DNA of 49,225 nt from Vicinamibacterales bacterium (lineage in GTDB: Bacteria; Acidobacteriota; Vicinamibacteria; Vicinamibacterales; CAVVIG01): positions 1 through 49,225 of the forward strand of contig DATASG010000133.1 in the NCBI GenBank assembly GCA_036269295.1, read 5' to 3'. Positions within the stretch are counted from its first letter, which is position 1. Each line of letters begins with the position of its first letter. Shown here piece after piece: positions 40,981 through 49,225 of the stretch. Made by a program: the position numbers and the translations under genes. The notes under the pieces are model-generated. The model was not told the origin of the DNA. It did no database searches and saw only the letters and a program-made list of their open reading frames with translations.

Positions 40981-40987
40981 TCGCCCG

Positions 40988-42202
40988 GTGACGACCGCGA
41001 AGGCTCAAACGCCCATCCGGACGGCCGCCCGCGTCAACCGTTTCACCTATGCGATCCGCAACATCGTCGCGGAAGCGCAGAAGGTCGAGGCGACTGGCAG
41101 GCGCGTCCGCTATCTGAACATCGGCGATCCGATCGCGTTCGGCTTCAAGACCCCGGCGCACCTTGTCACCGCGGTCGAGCGGGCGATGCGCGACGGCCAC
41201 AACAACTACGGACCGTCCGCCGGCATCGCGCCCGCGCGCGAGGCGGTGGCGGAGGAGTACAGCAGGAACGGGTTTCCGATCGCCGCCGACCGCGTGTTCA
41301 TCACGGCCGGGACATCGGAAGGGATCGAGCTGACGCTCGGCGCGGTGGTGGATGCCGGCGGCGAAGTGCTGGTGCCGATGCCGACCTATCCGTTGTACAC
41401 CGCGGTGCTGGCCAAGCTCGACGCCACGGCAAAGTACTACCGGCTCGACGCATCGCGCGGCTGGATGCCGGATCTCGATCACCTCACGAGCCTGGTGACA
41501 CCGGCGACCCGCGCGCTGGTGGTCATCGATCCCAACAACCCGACCGGCGCCGTCTACTCGACCGAGACGCGCCGGGCGCTGCTCGATTTCGCCGACCAGC
41601 ACGGCCTGCTGATTCTCGCCGACGAAGTGTACGGCGATCTCGGCTTCAACGGCCCGATCGACCCCTACGGCAAGCTCGAGCCGGACGCGCCGATCATCTC
41701 GTTCTCCTCGCTGTCGAAGGCGTATCTCGCACCGGGCTGGCGGACCGGCTGGATGGCATGCGGACGCTCGCCGCGTCTGGATGAGGTGGTGGCGTCGGTA
41801 CGAAAGCTCGCGGACGGCAGGCTGTGCAGCACGGTGCCGATGCAGTACGCGATCGCCGAAGCATTGACCGGTGACCGCTCGCACCAGCCGGCGTTCCGCC
41901 AGGCGCTGAAAGCGCGCGCCGATCTCACGACGTCGCGCCTTGGCGCGATGCCGGGGGTGACCTGCGTGGCGCCAACGGCGGCGTTCTACGCGATGCCGCA
42001 GATCGCTCTGCCGCCGGGGAAAACCGACGAAGACTACGTCAAGGCGCTGCTGCAGGCGACCGGTGTGCTATGCGTGTACGGGTCCGGGTTCGGTTTGCCG
42101 GCCGAAGCGGGGTTCCTGCGGATTGTGTTCCTGGCGCCGCTCGAGGAGCTCACCGAAATCTACGATCTGATGGCGAGCTTCACCGCGAACTACCTCGGCT
42201 GA
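40988..42202 (+). CDS. alaA: alanine (glutamate-pyruvate) aminotransferase, AlaA-like
   Basis: 404 aa with a GTG start. Motifs are YLNIGDPIAFGF, DPNNPTGAVYS and SLSKAYLAPGWRTGW. It is collinear with my recollection of E. coli AlaA. Confidence 0.88.
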   Translation: MTTAKAQTPIRTAARVNRFTYAIRNIVAEAQKVEATGRRVRYLNIGDPIAFGFKTPAHLVTAVERAMRDGHNNYGPSAGIAPAREAVAEEYSRNGFPIAADRVFITAGTSEGIELTLGAVVDAGGEVLVPMPTYPLYTAVLAKLDATAKYYRLDASRGWMPDLDHLTSLVTPATRALVVIDPNNPTGAVYSTETRRALLDFADQHGLLILADEVYGDLGFNGPIDPYGKLEPDAPIISFSSLSKAYLAPGWRTGWMACGRSPRLDEVVASVRKLADGRLCSTVPMQYAIAEALTGDRSHQPAFRQALKARADLTTSRLGAMPGVTCVAPTAAFYAMPQIALPPGKTDEDYVKALLQATGVLCVYGSGFGLPAEAGFLRIVFLAPLEELTEIYDLMASFTANYLG

Positions 42203-42234
42203 GGTTTCAGATCTGAAATCCAGCATCTGAAATC
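42203..42234. promoter_or_regulatory. AT-rich palindrome TTTCAGATCTGAAA plus a third half-site ATCTGAAATC; candidate operator or hairpin
   Basis: The perfect 14-bp palindrome is at 42205-42218. The tandem CAGATCTGAAATC / CAGCATCTGAAATC ends 2 nt before ATG 42237. Confidence 0.45.
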
Positions 42235-42236
42235 TC

Positions 42237-43295
42237 ATGGCCTCTGACCGCGAGTTCACCCGCCGGATGCTCCAGACCGTGGGCACGGTCACGGGGGTCG
42301 CGATCCTGCTGGCCCTGCTCTGGGCCGCGCGCGAAGCGCTGATGCTCGTCTACGTCAGCGCCCTCATCGCGATGGGGCTATCGCCTCTCGTCAGGCTGAT
42401 CGAACGACCGACGCGGCAAGGCGGCAAACGGCGGGTGCCGCGCTGGCTCGCGATCCTCTCCATCTACCTGGTGATCGTGGCCGCGGTGGTGTTCCTCGGC
42501 CTGCTGGTCATTCCGCCGATGGTGGCGCAGGCAGCGTCGCTGTGGGGCAAGATGCCGGCCGAGTTCAACCGGCTGCAGACCTTTCTCGTCAGCCACAAGC
42601 TGATGCTGCACACGGTCACGCTCGAGGAGGCGGTGCAGAACGCGCCGAGCGGCTCCGGCGGCAATGCCGTCGGCACGGTGCTGGTCGCGATCTCCAGCCT
42701 GATCGGCGGCGTCTTCGGGCTGATCACCATCCTCATCCTGACGTTCTATCTCCTGCTCGAGGCCGGCTCGATGTTCGAGTACCTGGTGCGCTTCGCGCCG
42801 CTCGGTCGACGCGGCGACGTGGCGACCGCGGCGCGGCAGGGGGTCGCGAAGGTCAGCGCCTGGCTGCGCGCCCAGTTCATTCTCGCCGGGGTGATGGGCA
42901 CTTTCGCGGCGATCGGACTGGGCCTGATGGAAGTGCCGTACTTCTACGTGATCGCGCTGGTCGCCGCGGTCGGCGAGACGATTCCGATCGTCGGCCCGGT
43001 GATCGGCGGCATCACGGCGGTGGCGGTCGCCATCACGGTGTCGCCGAAGCTGGCGCTGATGGTCGGCACCTATTTCCTGGTGCTGCACCAGCTCGAGGCG
43101 AACGTGCTGGTGCCGAAGATCATGGAGCGCAGCGTCGGCGTCAGCCCGGTGGCGGTGATGGTCGCGCTGCTGGTCGGCGGCTCGCTGATGGGGCTGGTCG
43201 GCGCGATCCTGGCGATTCCGACCGCGGCGCTGCTGTCGGTGATCATCGAGGAGGTCGCCGCCGATCGCGAGTCGCGCATTCAGCGCGTCAAGTAA
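42237..43295 (+). CDS. AI-2E family (PerM/UPF0118) transporter
   Basis: 352 aa with about 7-8 TM helices and typical length and layout. Its 3' end overlaps the convergent S9 peptidase gene by 16 nt. Confidence 0.88.
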   Translation: MASDREFTRRMLQTVGTVTGVAILLALLWAAREALMLVYVSALIAMGLSPLVRLIERPTRQGGKRRVPRWLAILSIYLVIVAAVVFLGLLVIPPMVAQAASLWGKMPAEFNRLQTFLVSHKLMLHTVTLEEAVQNAPSGSGGNAVGTVLVAISSLIGGVFGLITILILTFYLLLEAGSMFEYLVRFAPLGRRGDVATAARQGVAKVSAWLRAQFILAGVMGTFAAIGLGLMEVPYFYVIALVAAVGETIPIVGPVIGGITAVAVAITVSPKLALMVGTYFLVLHQLEANVLVPKIMERSVGVSPVAVMVALLVGGSLMGLVGAILAIPTAALLSVIIEEVAADRESRIQRVK

Positions 43296-45253
43296 CGATC
43301 GAACCAGGCGACCAGCCGCTCCTCGATGTCGCGCTGGTGCGCCGGCTTGGCAATCGCGTGCCCCTCGTCGGGGTAGATCACCAGCTCGGTCGGCACGTTG
43401 AGCGCCTTCAGCGCGTGCCAGAACTCATAGCCTTGCGGCGTCGGCACCTCGGAGTCGCGATCGCCGTGGAGCACCAGCGTCGGCGTCTTCACCTTCTTGA
43501 TGTAGGTCATCGGCGACGAACGCGAGTAAGCCTCCGGTTTGTCGTAGACCGAGGCGCCGAAGAACGGCAGCATCCAGGTGTCGATCTTGTTCTGGCCGTA
43601 GTAGCTCTGCCAGTTCGCAATCCCGGCGCCCGCCACCGCCGCCTTGAATCTGGTGGTCTGCGTCACCGCCCACATCGCCATGTAGCCGCCGTAGCTCCAG
43701 CCAACGATGCCGGTGCGGTTGGGATCGATCGGCGCCGCCTTGACCGCGGCGTCCACGCCGGCCTCGATGTCCTGAAGGTCGCCATAGCCGAAGTCGTTGA
43801 CGTTCGCCTGGGTGAAGGCTTCGCCGCTGCCGTAGCTCCCTCGCGGGTTCGGCAGCAGCACGAAGTAACCGCGGCTCGGAAGGACCGCATTCCAGCGGCT
43901 CGGCCACGAGGGAACGCTGGCGGACGAAGGACCGCCGTGGACGGACACGACAAGCGGGTACGTCTTCGCCGGATCGAAGTTGACTGGATAGATCAGCCAG
44001 CCCTGGACCTGGTACTTGTCGCTGGTCCAGTGCAAGCTCCGCGCTTCGCCCCAGAGCGGCGCGATTGAGGTGTTGTTGCCGGTCAGCGAGGTCCAGGCGC
44101 CCAGCGGTCCGGCGTAGACCTCGGGCGCTTGCTGGAATGACTGCACCACCGCCGCCGCCACCTCGGCGCGCGCGGCCACCGATACGAAGGTCAGCTGCTG
44201 AGGCGCTGACCAGACCACGGAGCGAGCGCCGCCGCTGCCACCGACGGTCACGAGCGCGGACTTGCCGTCCACGTACTCGTTGAAAATGATCCCGCCAGGC
44301 CGCCAGGCGAGCGCGCGGGCTGAGCCTTCGAGATTCGGCGTGATGTTCTTCGCCGCGCCGCCGGCGGCGGGGACGACGTAGATGTCGCCGCCGGTCGACC
44401 CTTCGTCGCTCATGATGCCGTGAATCACGGCGATCGACTTGCCGTCTGGCGACCATCGCGGTCCGGCGATTTGCAGCGGCGGCTTCCAGATCGACGTCGT
44501 CTTACCGGTGTCGGCGCGGACGACGTAGAGCTGCGCGATCCAGTAGTTGTTGGTGCCGGAGCCCTCGACCGCTTCCGCCGCGAACGCCTGGCCGTCCGGC
44601 GACCAGTCGTAGTCGTAGACGAACATATTCGGAGGGCTGACTTCGCGCACCGAGCCGTTCGAGAGATCGACGATCGCGATCCGCTGTTCCTCGATGACGT
44701 CGCCGACGACGCCGGCGTCAGGCTTGTAGGCGACCAGGGCTCCGGTGCCTTGGGTCGAGCCGGCGACGAACAGAACGGCGATCGACTTGCCGTCGGGCGA
44801 CCAGGTCGGACGCGAGAGCTGTCCGACGACGTTCGTCTGCCGGCCAGGATTGATGCCGCTGTCGGCGGCGCCGTCCCGCGGGAGCCGCATGCGCCACAGC
44901 TGGAGCTGATGTGGTGTGGCGGCGTCCGACAAGAACGCCAGGCTCTCACCGTCAGGCGACCAGGCGATGCCGCTCTCCTCGCGCGGCTTGGCCGGGTCGG
45001 CGGTGATGCGGCGCGGCTCGCCTGACGGCAGGTCGCGCATGAAAATGGCGGTAGCGCCGTCCGTTCCCAAGACGTCCTCGACCCAGGCGACCCGGCGGCC
45101 GTCGGGCGAGATCGCTGTCTCATGAAAGCCGCGGACGCGATCGAGTGTGTCGAGGACGGCACCGATCGAGCGCGGCGGCGTCTGAGCGGCAGCTGGTACA
45201 AACGGAAGGGCGGCGGTCAACACCGCTGCGAGACCGAACATCCCGAGGCGCAT
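43280..45253 (-). CDS. S9-family serine peptidase (acylaminoacyl-peptidase / prolyl oligopeptidase type) with an N-terminal beta-propeller
   Basis: The signal peptide is MRLGMFGLAAVLTAALPFVPAAAQ. WSPDG repeats are present, and the nucleophile motif is GWSYGGYMA. Confidence 0.9.
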   Translation of the reverse strand: MRLGMFGLAAVLTAALPFVPAAAQTPPRSIGAVLDTLDRVRGFHETAISPDGRRVAWVEDVLGTDGATAIFMRDLPSGEPRRITADPAKPREESGIAWSPDGESLAFLSDAATPHQLQLWRMRLPRDGAADSGINPGRQTNVVGQLSRPTWSPDGKSIAVLFVAGSTQGTGALVAYKPDAGVVGDVIEEQRIAIVDLSNGSVREVSPPNMFVYDYDWSPDGQAFAAEAVEGSGTNNYWIAQLYVVRADTGKTTSIWKPPLQIAGPRWSPDGKSIAVIHGIMSDEGSTGGDIYVVPAAGGAAKNITPNLEGSARALAWRPGGIIFNEYVDGKSALVTVGGSGGARSVVWSAPQQLTFVSVAARAEVAAAVVQSFQQAPEVYAGPLGAWTSLTGNNTSIAPLWGEARSLHWTSDKYQVQGWLIYPVNFDPAKTYPLVVSVHGGPSSASVPSWPSRWNAVLPSRGYFVLLPNPRGSYGSGEAFTQANVNDFGYGDLQDIEAGVDAAVKAAPIDPNRTGIVGWSYGGYMAMWAVTQTTRFKAAVAGAGIANWQSYYGQNKIDTWMLPFFGASVYDKPEAYSRSSPMTYIKKVKTPTLVLHGDRDSEVPTPQGYEFWHALKALNVPTELVIYPDEGHAIAKPAHQRDIEERLVAWFDRYLTR

Positions 45254-45259
45254 GGAATT

Positions 45260-45267
45260 ACTATAAT
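45260..45267. promoter_or_regulatory. ACTATAAT block: TATAGT on the minus strand (6 nt from the S9 ATG) and TATAAT on the plus strand (11 nt from GTG 45279)
   Basis: Read directly. It is the only AT-rich patch in a 25-nt divergent spacer. Confidence 0.4.
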
Positions 45268-45278
45268 CGCGCACCGCT

Positions 45279-47255
45279 GTGAACATCGAACGCAAAGCGC
45301 GCGAGGACCGCAAAGAACACACAGGGTCTGCGGGCGCTGCGGGCGTGGCGTTCCTCCTCTATGTCGCGCTGACGATGGTGATGACCTGGCCACTGGTCAG
45401 GGGACTGAGTCACGACATCCCGGGTGACTTCGGCGATCCGTTGTTCACGTCCTGGGTGCTGTGCTGGGACGCTACGCATCTGGGGCGCGGGTGGTGGAGC
45501 GCGAACATCTTCGCGCCGCAGCCGCTGGCGCTCGCCTACTCCGAGCATTTCCTGCCGCAAGCGCTTCAGGTGCTGCCGATCTACGCGGTCACGAAGAACC
45601 CCATTCTTTGCTACAACCTGCTCTTCCTCTCGACCTTCGCGCTGGCCGGGCTCGGCATGTTCCTGCTCGGGCGGGAGCTTACGGGAAGCGCCACCGCCGG
45701 CCTGGTCGCCGGACTCGCGTTCGCGTTCGCGCCCTATCGCATCGCGAACATACCGCATCTGCAGGTGCTGTCGTCGGCCTGGATGCCGTTCGTGCTGTTC
45801 GGCCTGCACCGGCATTTTGCGAGCGGACGGCTGAGACCCCTCGCCGGCGCCGCCGCGGCATGGCTGGTGCAAAACCTGTCGTGCGGCTACTACCTGCTGT
45901 TCTTCACCCCGGTCGTCATCCTGTACATCGTGTGGGAGCTGACGCGCCGCCGGTTGTGGAGCGACGGCGGCGCGCTGTTGAGCGTCGTCACCGCGGTCAC
46001 GATCGTCCTGGCCGCGACCCTACCGTTCCTGCTCCCGTACGTGGAGCTCCGCCGGCTCGGGTTCAGCCCGCGGTCGCTCACCGAAACGCGCCGCTTCTCC
46101 GCCGACGTCTATGCCTACTTCACCGCCGATCCGAACCTGCGTCTGTGGGGTTCGATCGCACAGGCGTGGCCGAAACCCGAGGGCCTACTGTTCCCCGGGC
46201 TGACGATCGTCGTGCTGGCGGCGTTCGGGATCGGAGGATGGGACGAAGAAAAAACCGGCACGATCGCCGGGATCGCAGATACGACGTCTGCTCCCCGGTC
46301 TTTGCGTTCTCTGCCGTTCTTTCTTGTCGTCGGCCCGGCAGCGCTCGTCGTCGCGCTGCTGCTCGGCTACTCGATCCGGCTGCCCGGGATCAAAATCACG
46401 AGCCTGCCGCGCGTGCTCGGCGTCTGCGCTGTCGCGGGCGCGATCGTGCTCGTGGTTGCGCGAGAGGCTCGGGCGAACGCGCGGCGCTGGCTGTCGTCGC
46501 CCTCAGGCATCTTCTCCGCCATCACGCTCTTCGCCTTCATCATGTCGCTCGGCCCGGAGATTCAGGCGCTGGGGCGAAGCGTGTCGACGACGAATCTGTA
46601 CGCAGCCTTCTACACCCTGGTACCGGGCTTCGACGGCGTGCGCGTGCCGGCGCGCTACGCCACGATCGTGACGCTCGGCCTCGCCGGGCTGGCCGCGCTG
46701 GGCATGGCGGCCATCAACCGCCGGCGCCGCGCGGGTGCCGGCCTGGTAGCGGGGGCGCTGATCCTGGTCGAGGCGCTCGCGGTGCCGATGCCGATCAACC
46801 AGAACTCCCGGGGCTACAAACAGGCGGGCCTGTCGCCGCTACCGCCGTCAATCGGCGTTGGCGTGGCGGCGCCAGAAATCTATCGCTTCGTCTCGCAATT
46901 GCCGGCTTCAGCGGTCCTGCTCGAGTTGCCGCTCGGCGAGCCGGCATTCGACGTGCGCTACATGTTCTATTCGACGCTGCACTGGAGGCGGCTCGTCAAC
47001 GGCTACAGCGGCGGCTTCCCCTCTTCGTACGAGGTGCTGACCGAGTCGCTGAAGGACGTCTCCACCCGTCCCGATCGTGCCTGGCAGGCGATCATCTCCT
47101 CTGCCGCCACGCACGTCATCGTCCACGAAGACGCCTACGCCAACGGCGGCGACCGCCGTTTCAGCGACCTCCTCAACGCGCACGGCGCGCGCGACATCGC
47201 GACTTTTGGATCGGATCGCCTTTTTCTCCTCCCGCCACGAATCCTCAACCCGTAA
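45279..47255 (+). CDS. polytopic membrane protein, GT-C-fold glycosyltransferase-like; paralogue of 36634-38373
   Basis: 658 aa from GTG 45279, or 636 aa from GTG 45345. The first-loop motif is IPGDFGDP and the C-terminal motif is FYSTLHWRRLVNGYSGGFP. Confidence 0.8.
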   Translation: MNIERKAREDRKEHTGSAGAAGVAFLLYVALTMVMTWPLVRGLSHDIPGDFGDPLFTSWVLCWDATHLGRGWWSANIFAPQPLALAYSEHFLPQALQVLPIYAVTKNPILCYNLLFLSTFALAGLGMFLLGRELTGSATAGLVAGLAFAFAPYRIANIPHLQVLSSAWMPFVLFGLHRHFASGRLRPLAGAAAAWLVQNLSCGYYLLFFTPVVILYIVWELTRRRLWSDGGALLSVVTAVTIVLAATLPFLLPYVELRRLGFSPRSLTETRRFSADVYAYFTADPNLRLWGSIAQAWPKPEGLLFPGLTIVVLAAFGIGGWDEEKTGTIAGIADTTSAPRSLRSLPFFLVVGPAALVVALLLGYSIRLPGIKITSLPRVLGVCAVAGAIVLVVAREARANARRWLSSPSGIFSAITLFAFIMSLGPEIQALGRSVSTTNLYAAFYTLVPGFDGVRVPARYATIVTLGLAGLAALGMAAINRRRRAGAGLVAGALILVEALAVPMPINQNSRGYKQAGLSPLPPSIGVGVAAPEIYRFVSQLPASAVLLELPLGEPAFDVRYMFYSTLHWRRLVNGYSGGFPSSYEVLTESLKDVSTRPDRAWQAIISSAATHVIVHEDAYANGGDRRFSDLLNAHGARDIATFGSDRLFLLPPRILNP

Positions 47256-47282
47256 TCCCTTTTTCCCGCCACGCCGACGAAC

Positions 47283-47288
47283 TAAACT
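47283..47288 (+). promoter_or_regulatory. -10-like TAAACT hexamer 7 nt upstream of the kbl ATG
   Basis: The sequence reads TAAACT-gagcggc-ATG with no SD. Confidence 0.25.
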
Positions 47289-47295
47289 GAGCGGC

Positions 47296-48492
47296 ATGCG
47301 CCGCGACCCGCTCGATTATCTGTCCCGCGAGCTTGACGCGCTCAAGCAGCAGGGACTCTACCGTCATCTCCGCATTCTCGAAGGCGAACAGAGCCACCGG
47401 AGCACGTTCGACCATCGCCAGGTCGTCAATCTTTCGTCGAACAACTACCTCGGCCTGACGACCCATCCACACCTGCGGGAGAAGGCGCTCGAGGCGGTGC
47501 GCCAGCTCGGCGTCGGTTCGGGATCGGTACGGTCGATTGCGGGCACCATGGACATTCACATGGAGCTCGAGCGGCGCCTGGCGGCCTTCAAGAAGACGGA
47601 AGGGGTCGTCGTCTTCCAGAGTGGCTTTGCCGCGAACGCCGGCACCGTCGCCGCCGTCTTATCCAAGGAAGACGTGGTGGTCTCCGACGAGCTCAATCAC
47701 GCCAGCATCATCGACGGCGCCCGATTGAGCCGGGCGACGATCAAGGTGTTTCCCCACAAGGACGTGGACGCGGCGCGCAAGGTCCTGCGGGATCTGCCGG
47801 CCGGACAGCGCAAGCTGCTGATCACCGACGGGGTCTTCAGCATGGACGGCGACCTCGGCGCGGTGCCCGAGCTGTGCGCGCTCGCCGACGAGTACGGGTG
47901 CATCATGATGGTCGACGACGCGCATGCCAGCGGCGTGTTCGGGGCGAACGGGCGCGGCACGATCGATCACTTCGGCGTCCACGGCCGGGTCGATATCCAG
48001 GTCGGCACACTGTCGAAGGCAATCGGCGCGCTCGGCGGCTACGTCGCCGGCAGCAAGGCACTGATCGAGTTTCTTTACCACCGCGCCCGTCCGTTCCTGT
48101 TCTCGACCTCGCATCCGCCGTCGGTCGCGGCTGCCGGTATCGCGGCGGTCGACGTGCTCGAGCGGGAACCGGAGATCATCGAGAGGCTTTGGGAGAACAC
48201 GCGCTTCTTCAAGGCGGGACTGAAGGCGCTCGGTTTCAACACCGGGCTGAGCCAGAGCCCGATCACGCCGGTGATCGCCGGCGACGGCGCGCTGGCGATG
48301 AGGCTGTCGGATCGGCTCTTTCAGGAGGGCGTGTTCGCGCAGGGGATCGCGTTCCCGACGGTCGCGCGCGACAAGGCCCGTGTGCGCACCATCGTCACCG
48401 CGACCCACACCCGCGACGAGCTGCAGTTCGCGCTTGACGTCTTCGCGAAGGTGGGCCGTGAGCTCGGGCTGATCGGAACCATGAACCCCTGA
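47296..48492 (+). CDS. kbl: glycine C-acetyltransferase (2-amino-3-ketobutyrate CoA ligase) / alpha-oxoamine synthase
   Basis: 398 aa with NNYLGL, GSVRSIAGTMDIHMELERRLAAF, SDELNHASIIDG and the PLP lysine in GTLSKAIG. I cannot fully exclude BioF. Confidence 0.85.
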   Translation: MRRDPLDYLSRELDALKQQGLYRHLRILEGEQSHRSTFDHRQVVNLSSNNYLGLTTHPHLREKALEAVRQLGVGSGSVRSIAGTMDIHMELERRLAAFKKTEGVVVFQSGFAANAGTVAAVLSKEDVVVSDELNHASIIDGARLSRATIKVFPHKDVDAARKVLRDLPAGQRKLLITDGVFSMDGDLGAVPELCALADEYGCIMMVDDAHASGVFGANGRGTIDHFGVHGRVDIQVGTLSKAIGALGGYVAGSKALIEFLYHRARPFLFSTSHPPSVAAAGIAAVDVLEREPEIIERLWENTRFFKAGLKALGFNTGLSQSPITPVIAGDGALAMRLSDRLFQEGVFAQGIAFPTVARDKARVRTIVTATHTRDELQFALDVFAKVGRELGLIGTMNP

Positions 48493-48502
48493 ACCGGGAT
48501 CG

Positions 48503-49225
48503 ATGAACTCTTCCCCCCATCGTCCTTCGCGCCTGGCAGACTTCTTCGACTCGTACACGAGGGACCTGACCGCCGAGGATCTGCAACACCTATTCACCCG
48601 CGATACGCGCGACGCCTACAAGTTCTTCACCCGCGGCCGTGACGCCGATGCGATGCAGCGGATGCCGTGGCACCGGCGCGCCGTCGCCGAGGCGCGGGTC
48701 CTGTTTCTGGCCTTCTCGATGAAACTGTCGCCGGCGCGGCGGGTGGTGTTCGGCGGCGCGCTGCTGCTGGCGCTGGCCGGTCTCGTCAGCCTGTTCAAAG
48801 GCATCGGCATCATCACCATCGTGCGGGTGCCGTTCATCGGCGGCATCGGGGGCCCTGGCCCGCTGTTCCAAGCGGGCACGTGGTCGCTGTTGTTCGCGTT
48901 CGCGCTGATGAACCTGCTGGTCCTGCTCGAGGTCGCCGACCGACTGTCGCTGAAGAACGACCTCGAAATCGCGCGCGACATCCAACAGGCGATGCTGCCA
49001 AGCGGCCTCTACCGCGCGGCCGGGGTGGAAACGGTCGGCCTCAGCCGGCCGGCGAACACGGTCGGCGGCGACTTCTACGACATCCTGCCGCTCAACGATG
49101 GGCGGCTGGTGATTACGCTTGGCGACGTCGCCGGCAAAGGCAGTCCGGCGGCGCTGCTGATGGCGTTGCTGCTGGCGATGCTGCGCACGCTGGTGGACGA
49201 GAAGCTGGAGCCGGCCGACCTCATC
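48503..49225 (+). CDS. membrane-anchored PP2C/SpoIIE-family (RsbU-like) serine phosphatase, 3'-truncated by the window
   Basis: I translated this by hand because it is not in the ORF track. Two hydrophobic helices are followed by ARDIQQAMLP and GGDFYDILPLNDGRLVITLGDVAGKGSPAALLMA. The frame stays open to the window end. Confidence 0.85.
   Translation, partial: MNSSPHRPSRLADFFDSYTRDLTAEDLQHLFTRDTRDAYKFFTRGRDADAMQRMPWHRRAVAEARVLFLAFSMKLSPARRVVFGGALLLALAGLVSLFKGIGIITIVRVPFIGGIGGPGPLFQAGTWSLLFAFALMNLLVLLEVADRLSLKNDLEIARDIQQAMLPSGLYRAAGVETVGLSRPANTVGGDFYDILPLNDGRLVITLGDVAGKGSPAALLMALLLAMLRTLVDEKLEPADLI

Noticed and set aside
40917-40986. Possible tRNA, tRNA-Sec or tmRNA 3' end, because GGTTCGAGTCC (T-loop consensus) occurs twice and the second copy forms a perfect T-arm
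   Set aside because: I tried to fold a cloverleaf around the second T-arm. The 7 nt after it (TAAGATC) have no complementary 5' acceptor strand upstream (AGGTCCG at the expected position). The D-arm is poor, and the 3' end reads GCCC rather than a discriminator plus CCA context. The 224-nt spacer is too short for tmRNA and has no GGGG-type 5' end. I treat it as a tandem 22-mer and have recorded it as a finding to be checked with tRNAscan-SE or Infernal.
1-49225. Mobile elements, prophage, toxin-antitoxin or defence islands
   Set aside because: None of the six-frame translations shows integrase, transposase, recombinase, reverse transcriptase, restriction/modification, cas, Abi or classic toxin-antitoxin motifs. 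Apart from short spacers, composition looks uniform. The window reads as core chromosome.

Overview
This is a GC-rich bacterial chromosomal window with strong GC3 bias. Its gene content and protein style resemble an Acidobacteriota-like soil bacterium, but that is inference only. I call about 42 protein-coding genes at very high density, and many are joined by 1-, 4-, 8- or 13-nt start/stop overlaps. I found no rRNA, tRNA, CRISPR array, transposase, integrase, phage gene or recognisable defence gene. The content is mostly housekeeping and peripheral metabolism. It includes serA-serC-DUF1015, a lipid desaturase, a sigma-54 activator, malQ, kbl, alaA-like and other PLP enzymes, M23/M28/M49/S9 peptidases, a HEAT-cyclophilin protein, a beta-CASP nuclease, OmpA/VWA envelope proteins and an AI-2E transporter. 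Five things deserve a second look. (1) There are two paralogous Tat-exported PaoABC-type molybdenum hydroxylase operons. One is extended by an overlapping dihaem cytochrome b-like anchor and an orphan helical protein, and its Moco subunit carries a 101-residue Ala/Gly/Pro insertion. The other ends in a small Cys-rich protein and sits back-to-back with a Tat-signal PLP enzyme. (2) Almost every intergenic spacer carries its own short tandem repeat with a 6-22 bp period. Several fit the G-quadruplex motif, and at least two word families recur at separate loci. Related palindromic or G-run units also sit in frame inside genes, which resembles Rickettsia palindromic elements. (3) AT-rich -10-like hexamers lie 6-9 nt upstream of several ATG starts, which suggests leaderless mRNAs. 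(4) A 30-codon mini-ORF exactly bridges DUF1015 and serA with ATGA overlaps at both ends. (5) An ACT-domain / 61-aa / GT-C-like membrane protein operon has a paralogous membrane protein 7 kb away. All family calls come from motifs read by eye in the supplied translations. No database search, HMM or folding program was run, and many start codons are uncertain.
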